From contig JAHPZH010000002.1 of assembly GCA_019058315.1 (NCBI GenBank), positions 672,001 to 736,000 on the forward strand: DNA of 64,000 nucleotides. Reading direction: 5' to 3'. The position numbers and the translations under genes are program-made. Positions 9,085 to 19,368 of the stretch are shown here, one piece after another (the first letter of the stretch is position 1; each line of letters opens with the position of its first letter). The DNA comes from Candidatus Helarchaeota archaeon (GTDB taxonomy: Archaea > Asgardarchaeota > Lokiarchaeia > Helarchaeales > RDOG01). The notes below the pieces were generated by a model. It had not been told where the DNA came from, ran no database searches, and worked only from the letters and a program-made list of their open reading frames with translations.

Positions 9085-10482
9085 TCAGAGAGCCATAAGC
9101 AATAACAAGCTTATTATAATGTATATCCATGAAGGAATTGGTTCACATTCATATCCTTTTAAATAAAACGTGAAATTTCCTCTGCTGTTTCCTTCCATAC
9201 AGACTAAATCATTATACCCATAAATTACCACGTCATCGTAACCATTACTATTAGCATCTCCAAAATTTATAGGCCATTCTGCTGGTGATTCTCTCCATTC
9301 AGGTGGACAGAAGGCGGTATAATAACCATGAAGCGTCCAAATGACAGAACCATTATTTCCTGAAAGACAATACGTCGTGCTATCATTTATAGAGGTTCCA
9401 ACAACAACTTCTGGGATACCATCACCATTAACATCATTAATCCATGTCTGCATATGAAAGGAATGCGGAGTTGTCCTATTCCAGAGTTCAAAACTCGTAT
9501 TTCCATCTAAAATTTTAAGAACAGTTTGGTTAGAAGTATCCCCAAATTCAGGTATACTATCAGAATTTAGATCTGTAAGAACAACTTGACCGTAAATTGT
9601 TGAATGATCAATTAACACTGCACCATTAGATCCGTTACGAACCTTTGTAGCCCATCCCCCAATAAATTCAGGGTATTCATCGCCATTTATTTCTCCAAAA
9701 CGTTGTAGATATCCATTACCATCTGCTGTAATATTCCAAATTACAGTTCCGTTCTTCCCTCTTAATAGTGCTATATTATAATCAGTGCCAACTAAAACAT
9801 CATCAATATTATCACCATCGTGATCTGTATGAACTAGCAAAGATAGAATTCTTTTTGAAAAATCGTTATTCTCCCAAATCACAGATTGGCTTGATCCATC
9901 TATACACTTAACTCCACAACTGCCATTATCATCGAATCCTGCTATTAAAAAGTCACCAGTCCCATTAGTATTAACATCTTCCATTGTAGCCATATCTATA
10001 ATATCGTCATATATGTATCCTTCCCATATTATTAATTTACCGGAAGTCGGTGTCATCATCAAACTCCCATTACCAGTTAAAACTTTGAAATTACCATCGC
10101 CTTTTAGATTATACAAAACATCCGAAATTCCATCCCCATTAACATCATCTAGAAAAAGTATGAATTCACTTTCATGCTCTGGTTCCTCATACCAAATTAC
10201 TTCCCCCGTTGCACCATCAAGACAATAAATATGTTGGAGTGTTTTTACTATCAATTCGCCTATTCCATCACTATTAATATCAGTAAAATTAAAAATACCA
10301 TGAATTCTCATTGCTTTCGTAAGAAGTTTACTCCATATAAGTCCCTCGCTAGATGAAGAAAGATCCATTGATAACTGAGAAGATGTTGGAGTCACTGGAA
10401 TTTCTAGTAAAGTATAGCTTGATAATTGAAATACTAAGAAAACACAAATAGACAATATAATCATTTTCTTTTTATTTTTCAT
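9085..10482 (-). CDS. Secreted/membrane-anchored FG-GAP/PQQ-like beta-propeller protein, paralog 1
   Basis: Signal peptide; repeated Ca-binding DxNxDGxxD/E motifs; C-terminal hydrophobic helix. Confidence 0.85.
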   Translation of the reverse strand: MKNKKKMIILSICVFLVFQLSSYTLLEIPVTPTSSQLSMDLSSSSEGLIWSKLLTKAMRIHGIFNFTDINSDGIGELIVKTLQHIYCLDGATGEVIWYEEPEHESEFILFLDDVNGDGISDVLYNLKGDGNFKVLTGNGSLMMTPTSGKLIIWEGYIYDDIIDMATMEDVNTNGTGDFLIAGFDDNGSCGVKCIDGSSQSVIWENNDFSKRILSLLVHTDHDGDNIDDVLVGTDYNIALLRGKNGTVIWNITADGNGYLQRFGEINGDEYPEFIGGWATKVRNGSNGAVLIDHSTIYGQVVLTDLNSDSIPEFGDTSNQTVLKILDGNTSFELWNRTTPHSFHMQTWINDVNGDGIPEVVVGTSINDSTTYCLSGNNGSVIWTLHGYYTAFCPPEWRESPAEWPINFGDANSNGYDDVVIYGYNDLVCMEGNSRGNFTFYLKGYECEPIPSWIYIIISLLLLMAL

Positions 10483-10630
10483 TATTTCAATTCTCCTAAT
10501 TATTTGTCAAATACTTACTATAAATTGTGTAAAAGACAAATTATATTACATTAAAAATATTAATTTATAAAGATTTATAAAAAGGAAATTAATTGATAAT
10601 GATAATCTATTATTAAAAGAGGTTGAATTA

Positions 10631-10927
10631 ATGGATCTAGAAGAATATGAAAATCCATATAAGGTAGAAGTCTTTTCCTTTGTTGATTTAATGGATACTT
10701 TAATTAAATGGACAGTAAGGATTATGCCTAACAAAGATGAAAGCTATAAAATGGACATTCCCGATCTAAAAATATGTATAGATGCTAATAATAAACAAAA
10801 TATTGAAATTTCAATTCAAAAGGCTCGTTTATTTATTAAAGACGACAAAGGAAATGACATAAAACCCAAAGAAGTAGATATTAGAAATGAGGATTTTTTT
10901 CCTAAAGAAGCAATTTTGAAATTTTAA
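10631..10927 (+). CDS. Hypothetical protein (98 aa), paralog 1
   Basis: Intact, same length as and highly similar to 13282-13578. Confidence 0.75.
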   Translation: MDLEEYENPYKVEVFSFVDLMDTLIKWTVRIMPNKDESYKMDIPDLKICIDANNKQNIEISIQKARLFIKDDKGNDIKPKEVDIRNEDFFPKEAILKF

Positions 10928-11101
10928 CACTCAATCTTTATATTTTATTGGAGATATACTATTGATGCCCGCATCTATTTTTTTGCTAAGATTTCATAAT
11001 AATCCATATCATTCAAAAAAAGGCCTCCCAGGACTTTCCTTCCGATTCTATTAATTTGAATTTAAACTTCCAAATTTTCAATTCAGAAAATTAGGTTATA
11101 T

Positions 11102-11537
11102 TACTTACCAAAAAAAAAATAATCCCCCTATTTTTTAATTTAGGAATTTGCGAATTTATTGTCTCTTCGATGAGTGGATTTCCTTTAAGATAAATTTTTG
11201 TGCCTGTTCCAAGACCAAGATTATCTATAAGTGGTTGTAAATCCTGTATTTTGTTATTTTCAAGGTTTAATACTCTTATTTTGAGTAACCCTTCTAGTGG
11301 AGTTATATCTTGAATAGTTTTTCGATTTCTATATCCACCAAGATATAATTCTTCTAAATTATTTAATTCAGCAAGGGGTTCAATATCTTTAATACCATGA
11401 TCTGTAATTGATAGGTATTTTAGGTTTTCTAATTCTGCAATTGGATCAATATCTTCGATTTCTTCCCAAGCAGGATTTCCGTATTATTCAGCAGTTAATG
11501 TGCCTATGGGGTTATCGGTATATTCTCCAAGGGTTAG
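11102..11537 (-). pseudogene. 5'-truncated copy of the internalin-like LRR gene 13685-14545
   Basis: Closely matches 13685-14119. Lacks the start and 5' half, and has an indel in the terminal T-run. Confidence 0.85.
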
Positions 11538-11727
11538 GTAAAGAAAATTTGACTAGTTAAATTGAATTGAGTTAGTAAACTGATTTTTAATTTCTAAAAT
11601 TTGTCTGTTATCTCGCTTTTTAGCATTATTTATAAAATTTTTGATTTATTTTCTGAATTCATTTAAAAAAATAATAATATGAAGATTAAAAAAAAAATAT
11701 TATAATATAAAGACTTTATATCGAGGT

Positions 11728-13134
11728 TCAGAGAGCCATAAGCAATAACAAGGTCATTATAATGTATATCCATGAAGGTATTGGTTCACATTCATATCCT
11801 TTTAAATAATATGTGAAATTCCCTTGACTATTTCCTTCTATACAGACTAAATCATTAAATCCAGCAGTTACTACGTCCTCGTAACCATTACCAGTAACAT
11901 CTCCAAGATTTATAAGCCATTCACACGTTGATTCCCTCCAACTAGGAGGACAGTCATATGTATAATAAACTTTGAGCGTCCAAATGACTGAACCATTATT
12001 ACCTGAAAGACAATACATCCTGTTATCTTGACGACAAGTTCCACAAAGTACTTCTGGGATACCATCCCCATTAAGATCTTGTATATAAGACTGCATATGA
12101 AAGGAAATTGGAGTTGTCCTATTCCAAAGTTCAATACCCGTATTTCCATCTATAATACTGAGAAAATCTGGTTCGGCACCTAGAACCGCAAATTCAGCTA
12201 TCCCATCGGAAGTTAGATCAGTAAGAACAGTGGGGGCGTAAATTGATGAATGATTAATTAACATGGCACCATTAGATCCATTACGGATTATTGTGGAATA
12301 TCCTCCAATAAATTCAGGATATGAATCGCCATTTATTTCTCCAAAAGGTCGTAGATGTCCACCATCTCCTGCTGTAATATTCCAAATTACAGTTCCATTC
12401 TTCCCTCTTAATAGTGCTATATAAGAAGTAGTGCCAACTAAAACATCATCAATATTATCACCATCATGATCTGTATGAACTAGTAAGGATTTGATTCTTC
12501 TTGAAAAATTATTATTCTCCCAAATAACAGTTTGACCAGATCCTTCAATGCATTTAATTCCACAACGGAGATTTTCATCGATACCTGCTAATAAAAAGTC
12601 ACCAGTCCCATTACCATTAACATCTTCAATTGCTGCCATATCTATAACATCCTCATATACATATCCTTCCCATAATACTGGTCCGCCACTTTCATGTTCT
12701 ACATAGCTACTCATAGTTCCATTACCACTTAAAACTTTGAAACCACCATATCCTCTTATTGTATATAAGACATCTGAAATCCCATCTCCATCGACATCAT
12801 CTAGAATAAGTATAAATTCAGGTTCACGTTCTGGCTCCTCATACCAAATTGCCTCTCCCGTTGCACCATCAAGACACCAAATATGTTGGAGTGTATGTAC
12901 TAACAATTCGTTTATTCCATCACCATTTACATCAGTAAATATATAAAGACCATGAGTTCTCACTGTGTGCGGTATAAGATTACTCCATATAATTTCTTCA
13001 CCTGCTGTCGAAAGATCCATTGATAACTGAGAAGATATCGGAGTTACTGGAATTTCTAATAAAGTATAGCTTGATAATTGTAGTACTAAGAAAAAACATA
13101 TAGAAATAACGATTATTTTCTTTTTATTTTTCAT
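11728..13134 (-). CDS. Secreted/membrane-anchored FG-GAP/PQQ-like beta-propeller protein, paralog 2
   Basis: Same architecture as 9085-10482; DVNGDG, DVDGDG and DLNGDG motifs. Confidence 0.85.
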   Translation of the reverse strand: MKNKKKIIVISICFFLVLQLSSYTLLEIPVTPISSQLSMDLSTAGEEIIWSNLIPHTVRTHGLYIFTDVNGDGINELLVHTLQHIWCLDGATGEAIWYEEPEREPEFILILDDVDGDGISDVLYTIRGYGGFKVLSGNGTMSSYVEHESGGPVLWEGYVYEDVIDMAAIEDVNGNGTGDFLLAGIDENLRCGIKCIEGSGQTVIWENNNFSRRIKSLLVHTDHDGDNIDDVLVGTTSYIALLRGKNGTVIWNITAGDGGHLRPFGEINGDSYPEFIGGYSTIIRNGSNGAMLINHSSIYAPTVLTDLTSDGIAEFAVLGAEPDFLSIIDGNTGIELWNRTTPISFHMQSYIQDLNGDGIPEVLCGTCRQDNRMYCLSGNNGSVIWTLKVYYTYDCPPSWRESTCEWLINLGDVTGNGYEDVVTAGFNDLVCIEGNSQGNFTYYLKGYECEPIPSWIYIIMTLLLLMAL

Positions 13135-13281
13135 TATATCAATCTCCTAATAATTTGTCAATTACTATCTATAAATTAAGTAAAAGACAAATTACGCTAC
13201 ATTAAAAATTCTAATTTATAAAGATTTATAAAAAGGAAATTAATTGATTATGATGATATAATTTTCAAAGAAGCTGATTTA

Positions 13282-13578
13282 ATGGGTCTGGAAAAATATG
13301 AAAATCCATATAAGGTCGAAGTTCTTCCTTTTGTTGATTTAATGGATAATTTAATTAAATGGACCATCAGGGTTATGCCTAATAAAGATGAGAGCTATAA
13401 AATGGACATTCCTGATTTAAAAATATGTGTTGATGCTAATAATAAACAAAATATTGAAATTTCAATCCAAAAAGCTCGATTATTCATAAAAGACTATAAA
13501 GGAAATGATATAAAACCCAAAGAAGTCAATATTAAGTATGAAGATTTCTTCCCTAAAGAAGTAATTTTAAAATTATAA
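13282..13578 (+). CDS. Hypothetical protein (98 aa), paralog 2
   Basis: Paralog of 10631-10927. Confidence 0.75.
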   Translation: MGLEKYENPYKVEVLPFVDLMDNLIKWTIRVMPNKDESYKMDIPDLKICVDANNKQNIEISIQKARLFIKDYKGNDIKPKEVNIKYEDFFPKEVILKL

Positions 13579-13684
13579 TTTCTATTTTTCTAATTTAATT
13601 TCACTCTCAATGCTCAATAATCAAAAAATTTTGAATTGAATTAGAGTCAAATATTGATTTTCTAAGGATAATTAGGTTATATTA

Positions 13685-14545
13685 CTATCCAAAAAAAACA
13701 TTAACCCCCCTATTTTTTAATTTAGGAATTTGCGAATTTATTGTCTCTTCGCTGAGTGGATTTCCTTTAAGATAAATTTTTGCACCTGTTCCAAGACTGG
13801 GATTATCTATAAGTGGTTGTAAATCCTGTATTTTGTTATTTTCAAGGTTTAATTCTCTTAATTTGAATAACCCTTCTAGTGGAGTTATATCTTGAATAGT
13901 TTTTCGATTTCTATATCCGCCAAGATGTAATTCTTCCAAATTATTTAATTCAGTAAGGGGTTTGATATCTTTAATACCATGATCTGTAATTGATAGGCAT
14001 TTTAGGTTTTCTAATTCTGCAAGTGGACTAATATCTTCGATTTCTTCCCAAGAAGGATTTCCGTATTGTTCAGCAGTTAATGTGCCTACGGGATTATCGG
14101 TATAATCTCCAAGGGTTAGCTTCTCAAGCTTTTTAAGGTTAGTAAGTGGGATGAGGTTTGTAATAATGTTTTGATGTAAATATAATGTCTTAAGATTAAT
14201 TAGGTTTGAAAGTCCCTCTATGTTGAAAATAGAATTATCATGTAAATCAAGCCACTCAAGGGCAGTTAGGTTTTTTAATGGTGAAATAACCGTAATGTCA
14301 CAGAAATGAAGGTCAAGCTTGATTAATTTTGTTAAATTCGAGATGGGTTGGAGATCATTGATTCGGTTCCTAGCTAAATTTAATTCTTTTAAATTAATTG
14401 CATGCTCTAACCCAGATATATCCTCAATAAATTTATCCAAAGCTTTCAATTCAGTTAATTTAAGCATATCTTTAGTTGTCAATGGTCTAGAATGAATGTT
14501 AAGAACTTCACGAATTACTTCCTCAAATATATAATGAAGTTTCAT
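13685..14545 (-). CDS. Internalin-like leucine-rich repeat protein
   Basis: 'IEDISGLEHAINLKELNLARNRINDLQPISNL' repeats; cap 'IYLKGNPLSEETINSQIPKLKNRGVNVFF'. Confidence 0.9.
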   Translation of the reverse strand: MKLHYIFEEVIREVLNIHSRPLTTKDMLKLTELKALDKFIEDISGLEHAINLKELNLARNRINDLQPISNLTKLIKLDLHFCDITVISPLKNLTALEWLDLHDNSIFNIEGLSNLINLKTLYLHQNIITNLIPLTNLKKLEKLTLGDYTDNPVGTLTAEQYGNPSWEEIEDISPLAELENLKCLSITDHGIKDIKPLTELNNLEELHLGGYRNRKTIQDITPLEGLFKLRELNLENNKIQDLQPLIDNPSLGTGAKIYLKGNPLSEETINSQIPKLKNRGVNVFFG

Positions 14546-14622
14546 TTTAAATTCCTAATACATTATACTTTTCATAGGTTCATATGAATGCAATATAATG
14601 TATGATATTTTTTTAGATATAT

Positions 14623-14672
14623 ATTAAGCTATGAATTAAATCTATTGATTAAGCTATGAATTAAATTTATTG
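14623..14672. repeat. 25-bp tandem direct repeat (2 copies, 24/25 identical) in a divergent promoter region
   Basis: attaagctatgaattaaatctattg / attaagctatgaattaaatttattg. Confidence 0.85.
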
Positions 14673-14746
14673 AAAAAAAAATTTTAATAAAAAAATTCTT
14701 TAACTAATTGCTAAATATATAATACTGCCAAAATTGAGGGAGAATC

Positions 14747-16042
14747 ATGAAAAAAAACATAATCATAATGTTAGTGTTCTCTCAAATAATCTTAATTTCT
14801 GCGGTGTTTATAGCAAGTTCTGTGGCATTATCGAGTCAACATCAGTTATTTAACAATTTAACTTTTTATAAACCAGATCTAAATAGTAATCTAATAAGTT
14901 CCTCAACCCCTTCTCTACTAGGTAAATGGAAATTGGACTTTACCCCAAATGGTATAGATATTTCGGCAGATGGGAGATATTTTGTATCAGTAGAGCAGGA
15001 TTTTTGCAATGTTACATTGTTTGACAGGAATAGTCGTCGATGGTTCTACGATATGGGATCTTATGTTTCTTACTACGATGTTGCCATTTCTGCAGATGGA
15101 CAATATATAGTTTCTGGAGATGATCAAAAAAATCTTACTTTGTTTAATCAAGCTGGATTTTTAGATAATTTCACTCTAGGAACTGCTGTTAGGGCAGTTG
15201 CGATATCACAAAACGGTTTATATTTCGTTGCTGGAGAACAAAGTGGGAATATAAATTTATTAAACAGATCCAACCCAAACCCAAATAAAATCAATTTTAT
15301 GTGGAGCTATGATACAGGAGGAGTAGTCAATTCCGTCGATATCTCGGAAAGTGGAGAATTGATAGTTGCTGGAGACAGTGATGGTAATGTAACTTATTTC
15401 TCAAAAAATGGTACGATAATCTGGGAGCATAATCCAGGAACCGGACAAGTTTCATCAGTGGCAATATCTGCTGTTGATTCTTATATCGTCTCTGGACAAC
15501 GGTCTAGTAATAATCTTACTTTATTTAATAGTACTGGTTATGTGTGGAATTATACAGCAGGAGATTGGATAAGCTCAGTTGGAATTTCACAAGACGGTCA
15601 GTATATAGTTGCTGGAGGTAATGATAACAACGTTACATTGTTCTGGCAAAATGGCACGAAGATATGGGAATATGATACTGGAAATGATGTTCGTGATGTG
15701 GCAATCTCAGCAGATGGTCAATTTGTAGTCGCTGGAGACATTAATCACAATATTACTCTGTTCAACAGGAATGGGTTTATGTGGAACTACACAACTGGAT
15801 ATTCCGTTACTAATGTAGCGATTTCGGCGGATGGTCAATATTTCGTTGCAACAACAATATCTGATCATTATGTTTATTTATTTGGACCACGTCAACCAAG
15901 TCAACCAAATCCACTACTTCTGCTTTTAGGGATGCAACAACCTGGAGATCAATTAATAATCATATTTTTAATTATTGGTTTAATTATTGGAATCAGTGCG
16001 GCTGCAGTCATAATATTTTTGGTACTTAAAAAGAGAGAATAA
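14747..16042 (+). CDS. Membrane-anchored WD40/PQQ-like beta-propeller protein
   Basis: Signal peptide; repeats of 'VAISADGQYIVAGD...VTLF...WxY'; C-terminal TM helix plus KKRE. Confidence 0.85.
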   Translation: MKKNIIIMLVFSQIILISAVFIASSVALSSQHQLFNNLTFYKPDLNSNLISSSTPSLLGKWKLDFTPNGIDISADGRYFVSVEQDFCNVTLFDRNSRRWFYDMGSYVSYYDVAISADGQYIVSGDDQKNLTLFNQAGFLDNFTLGTAVRAVAISQNGLYFVAGEQSGNINLLNRSNPNPNKINFMWSYDTGGVVNSVDISESGELIVAGDSDGNVTYFSKNGTIIWEHNPGTGQVSSVAISAVDSYIVSGQRSSNNLTLFNSTGYVWNYTAGDWISSVGISQDGQYIVAGGNDNNVTLFWQNGTKIWEYDTGNDVRDVAISADGQFVVAGDINHNITLFNRNGFMWNYTTGYSVTNVAISADGQYFVATTISDHYVYLFGPRQPSQPNPLLLLLGMQQPGDQLIIIFLIIGLIIGISAAAVIIFLVLKKRE

Positions 16043-16123
16043 TTTTCAAACCTATTTCTTCTTTTTTTTAATTTTTTAATATTTAATTATAGAACAAAAT
16101 TCAACAAAATATTTCATTAAATC

Positions 16124-16157
16124 TCAATGTAATATAAGATGAATTATATTACATTGA
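16124..16157. terminator. Perfect 14-bp inverted repeat between convergent genes
   Basis: tcaatgtaatataa-gatgaa-ttatattacattga. Confidence 0.5.
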
Positions 16158-16225
16158 ATAAGATGAATTTTATGATCATTTCAAAATCTAAATTGAATTT
16201 CTAAATTGCTACTTAACTTAATGTA

Positions 16226-17350
16226 TTAATCATATTCAGGAATAAATGAAAATCGTTCTTCTACTAGCTCGGAAGCAGAATTAAAATTATCCATGTTATA
16301 AGGTTTGGAAAAATAAGGTGAATATTTCGTAAAAAATCTTTCAGCAAAAGAATTAAGAGCATGTCTAAGAGTACGGCTAGATTTAGTAGCAACTAACACA
16401 CATGCGACTGAATATTTATCACTTCTTTTAATCATAAGGGTAGCTTTTTCTAGATTTATATCGCGTATCTCGCCTTTCTTTAAGGCTTCATTTAGGATCT
16501 GGGAAATACCTTGTAACATTCCTGAAAAAAGTTGATCATCAATCAAATCATCCATTTTACTCCAAACGTGTGTAAATAATGAAATTCCACTATTAGTTTC
16601 TATAACTGCTAGTCTTAAGGCTTTAAATGGAAGAATAAACGCAAGTTTAGGTTGGGATGCGAATGCAATTGCAACAAGTAAGAAAGCGATTCCAGTGGGG
16701 ATTAAATTCAATGTACTAATTCCAATAATATTAATTAAGAAAAGGGAAATAGGAACTACAACTACAAAAAGAAATCCAGCAATTAAATTAAGATATGAGA
16801 AAAATTTAAAATTTTTAGGAGCATTTCTATGAATTAGCAAGGAGTAATAAAAGTATGAGCCACATGTAAGTTGGAAAAGGCAAAAAAATATAATTAAAAA
16901 ATATATACTTGTACTCCACATGGGGAGCCAATCCAGCTCAGGGAAAGAATTCATATAAAGTGAATCTGGATCTAACGAAATAATAAATAATGAAGTTGAA
17001 AGCGCTGTCCATGTCCCAAATTTCTTAAAATCAACTGAATCTCTGGTTAAAGAGTCTATAAGCAAAATTATTAAAAATGCTAAAGGAATAAAGAGAAGAA
17101 ATACAAGTAGAAACAGAAATTCTGATCTTAAAATAAGACTAAATAATTGACATAAGATCCAAGTCACAACAACAGCATGAGCCAAAGTTAAAAAAAGGGC
17201 ATGTTGATATTTCTCTTTTAAAAATTGCCGTAACGTTACTATAAACGCAATTACAACAGGAATCAGTGCTATAAAACCAATAAGTATGTTTATTGACCAA
17301 TAATGAGGTATTTTTTTTTCCTCCTTAGTAATAGCAAATAAAGTAACCAT
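16226..17350 (-). CDS. Multi-pass (~7 TM) membrane protein with C-terminal longin domain
   Basis: Hydrophobic N-terminal ~230 aa, then 'LAVIETNSGISLFTHVW...LFSGMLQGISQILNEAL...FAERFFTKY'. Confidence 0.8.
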   Translation of the reverse strand: MVTLFAITKEEKKIPHYWSINILIGFIALIPVVIAFIVTLRQFLKEKYQHALFLTLAHAVVVTWILCQLFSLILRSEFLFLLVFLLFIPLAFLIILLIDSLTRDSVDFKKFGTWTALSTSLFIISLDPDSLYMNSFPELDWLPMWSTSIYFLIIFFCLFQLTCGSYFYYSLLIHRNAPKNFKFFSYLNLIAGFLFVVVVPISLFLINIIGISTLNLIPTGIAFLLVAIAFASQPKLAFILPFKALRLAVIETNSGISLFTHVWSKMDDLIDDQLFSGMLQGISQILNEALKKGEIRDINLEKATLMIKRSDKYSVACVLVATKSSRTLRHALNSFAERFFTKYSPYFSKPYNMDNFNSASELVEERFSFIPEYD

Positions 17351-17440
17351 ATTACATTAAACTAATATTTATATTGTTCTAAAAAATTTAGAAAGACATA
17401 GTGCAGCTACAGATTATCTCACCACAAAAAAAAAAGAAGA

Positions 17441-19111
17441 TTATTGCTTTTTCCTTGTAAACACAAAAATTAGAATTATTAAGAATTCAACTATTGCAAT
17501 GCCACCCAAAACCATTGGACTTAAGAGTAAATTAAGAATTTTTTCAAATAAACTAGGTTGTGATAATCCTACTGCAATTAAAATGGGGGTGAAATCTATT
17601 TCATTTTCGACAATTACACTTTTTCCGTATATATAAAGGTCCCAATCGGTTGTTGCAAAGGTTCTATTATCAGTCCAACAGAATAGAGCAACTCCAGTTG
17701 TGGTTATGCATACAGTAGCATCTTTTTGATTGCTAGTTTCTGTGCATATAGGGGCTCCATTAGTCTTCCATTTTCCAATTCCTTTAGAATTTACTTGTTG
17801 TGCATACACATCAAAATTCGAATAGTTTCCAGTTCTCATATCGCTCCATACAATAACAGCACCCCCATTTCCATCACCACTGATTGCAGTAACATATTGA
17901 TTATCATTCATCGCGCATACCACTGTTGCATTTACACCCCATTTTAAATTTCCATTTGTATCTACGTGCTGTGCAATAATGTCTCCCAAACCACCAGATC
18001 TATCATCACGCCATGCCATTATAGCCCCACCTGCACCATCACTACACATGTGGACATCCCAACACAAGTAGGGGGACAATTGTATTCCGTTATTTGTCCA
18101 TTGAGTCACACCATTTGAATTTATACGCTGTGTGTACACTCTCGTACCCGTTCTTGAATCCATCCAACTAATAACTGCTCCTCCTGCACCATCACTAGTG
18201 ATTTCCACTCCAGTTTGAGATCCACCTGCACTACATATAACGGTACCATTAACGAGCCATTCAGTCAACCCACTTGAATTTATTTTTTGTGCATAAATGT
18301 TATAATTTGTAGGATAAGTTCTATTGTCCTCCCACGCGATTATTGCTCCACCATTTTCATCACTACAGATTTTGGGATACCTATGATGCCCTCCATAAGT
18401 CGCAGTACAAATGGCAATGCCATCCAAAATCCATTGTGCATCACCCGTTCCATTTATCCATTGCACATAGACATCATTTGCATTTAAGGGCGGATTTCTT
18501 GCATCTTCCCAAGTTATAATCGCACCTCCATTACCATCCGTACAAAGTCTAGGATACATTTGAGAACTAGATGCAGTAGATACAGCGACACTAGAGCCCC
18601 AGAGTTTAATTCCATTTGAATCAACTCGTTGTGCGTATATGTCATAACTACCTGTAACATAAACTTGCCAAACAATAACCGCCCCACCTGAGCCATCACT
18701 AATAATTTGAGGATTACTCTCAATATTGACAGTATCGGCAATATTTATGCCATTTAAACTCCATAACATTCTGCCGTCTTCATCGATTCTTTGTGTGTAG
18801 ATGTCACTAAATGTTGAACCTTTATTTCTTTCATCAGACCATACAATAATTGCACCTCCAGATCCATCGCTACACATTTGTGCTACACCGTATACATCGC
18901 CTTGTTCATTAGGAGCATTACAAAGCAAAGTACCATTATTGGGCCATAAACCTGATGGCTGCAAATCTATATTTTTTTGTGGAGATGGTATTGTATTCAT
19001 TGAGACAACTTTGGATTGCATAATGTTCAAGTTTATTAACGGTAATAATGCCAAAATAAGGAAACTGGTAAAAAAAATTGTTAAAAAGGTTTTTTTTTTC
19101 AAATTTATCAA
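17441..19111 (-). CDS. Surface beta-propeller protein with 'SDGAGGAIIxWxD' repeats and C-terminal TM anchor
   Basis: Seven repeats of P.I.SDG.GGAII.W.D.R...DIYAQ.I...G...W; signal peptide. Confidence 0.85.
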   Translation of the reverse strand: MINLKKKTFLTIFFTSFLILALLPLINLNIMQSKVVSMNTIPSPQKNIDLQPSGLWPNNGTLLCNAPNEQGDVYGVAQMCSDGSGGAIIVWSDERNKGSTFSDIYTQRIDEDGRMLWSLNGINIADTVNIESNPQIISDGSGGAVIVWQVYVTGSYDIYAQRVDSNGIKLWGSSVAVSTASSSQMYPRLCTDGNGGAIITWEDARNPPLNANDVYVQWINGTGDAQWILDGIAICTATYGGHHRYPKICSDENGGAIIAWEDNRTYPTNYNIYAQKINSSGLTEWLVNGTVICSAGGSQTGVEITSDGAGGAVISWMDSRTGTRVYTQRINSNGVTQWTNNGIQLSPYLCWDVHMCSDGAGGAIMAWRDDRSGGLGDIIAQHVDTNGNLKWGVNATVVCAMNDNQYVTAISGDGNGGAVIVWSDMRTGNYSNFDVYAQQVNSKGIGKWKTNGAPICTETSNQKDATVCITTTGVALFCWTDNRTFATTDWDLYIYGKSVIVENEIDFTPILIAVGLSQPSLFEKILNLLLSPMVLGGIAIVEFLIILIFVFTRKKQ

Positions 19112-19368
19112 CTCATCTTGACTTTGAAAATAAAAACATTTCTTTTCGGAATTTATGTTATCAAGATAATGGTTTATTAAAAAGGCTTTAAAATATATCT
19201 CGAATCAAAAAGATTAAAAGGATGCAAAAGAATGTTTCGGAATTTGAATCTATCTCACCTTTTAAAATGTAATTAATTCACTCAACGGAGAATATTTAAA
19301 AGACTTTTGAGGTATGGATTTTTAAAAGTAAATGTTAAAATACTGAAATAATTTGTGGAAGTATTTAA

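Larger units (their letters stand above)
8728..11537. repeat. Tandem segmental duplication, copy 1 (~2.8 kb)
   Basis: Collinear with 11533-14119: shared start 'aaatttgactagt..aattgaat..agttagtaaa.tgattttta', then FG-GAP gene, divergent 98-aa gene and LRR 3' half. Confidence 0.9.
11533..14119. repeat. Tandem segmental duplication, copy 2
   Basis: See copy 1. Ends inside the intact LRR gene at 'ccaagggttag'. Confidence 0.9.

Noticed and set aside
9070-9090. Selenocysteine read-through of the TGA ending both FG-GAP genes
   Set aside because: Read-through adds only three residues before TAA, and there is no redox motif or evident SECIS.
14623-14672. CRISPR array
   Set aside because: Two abutting copies with no spacer, and no cas genes in the window.
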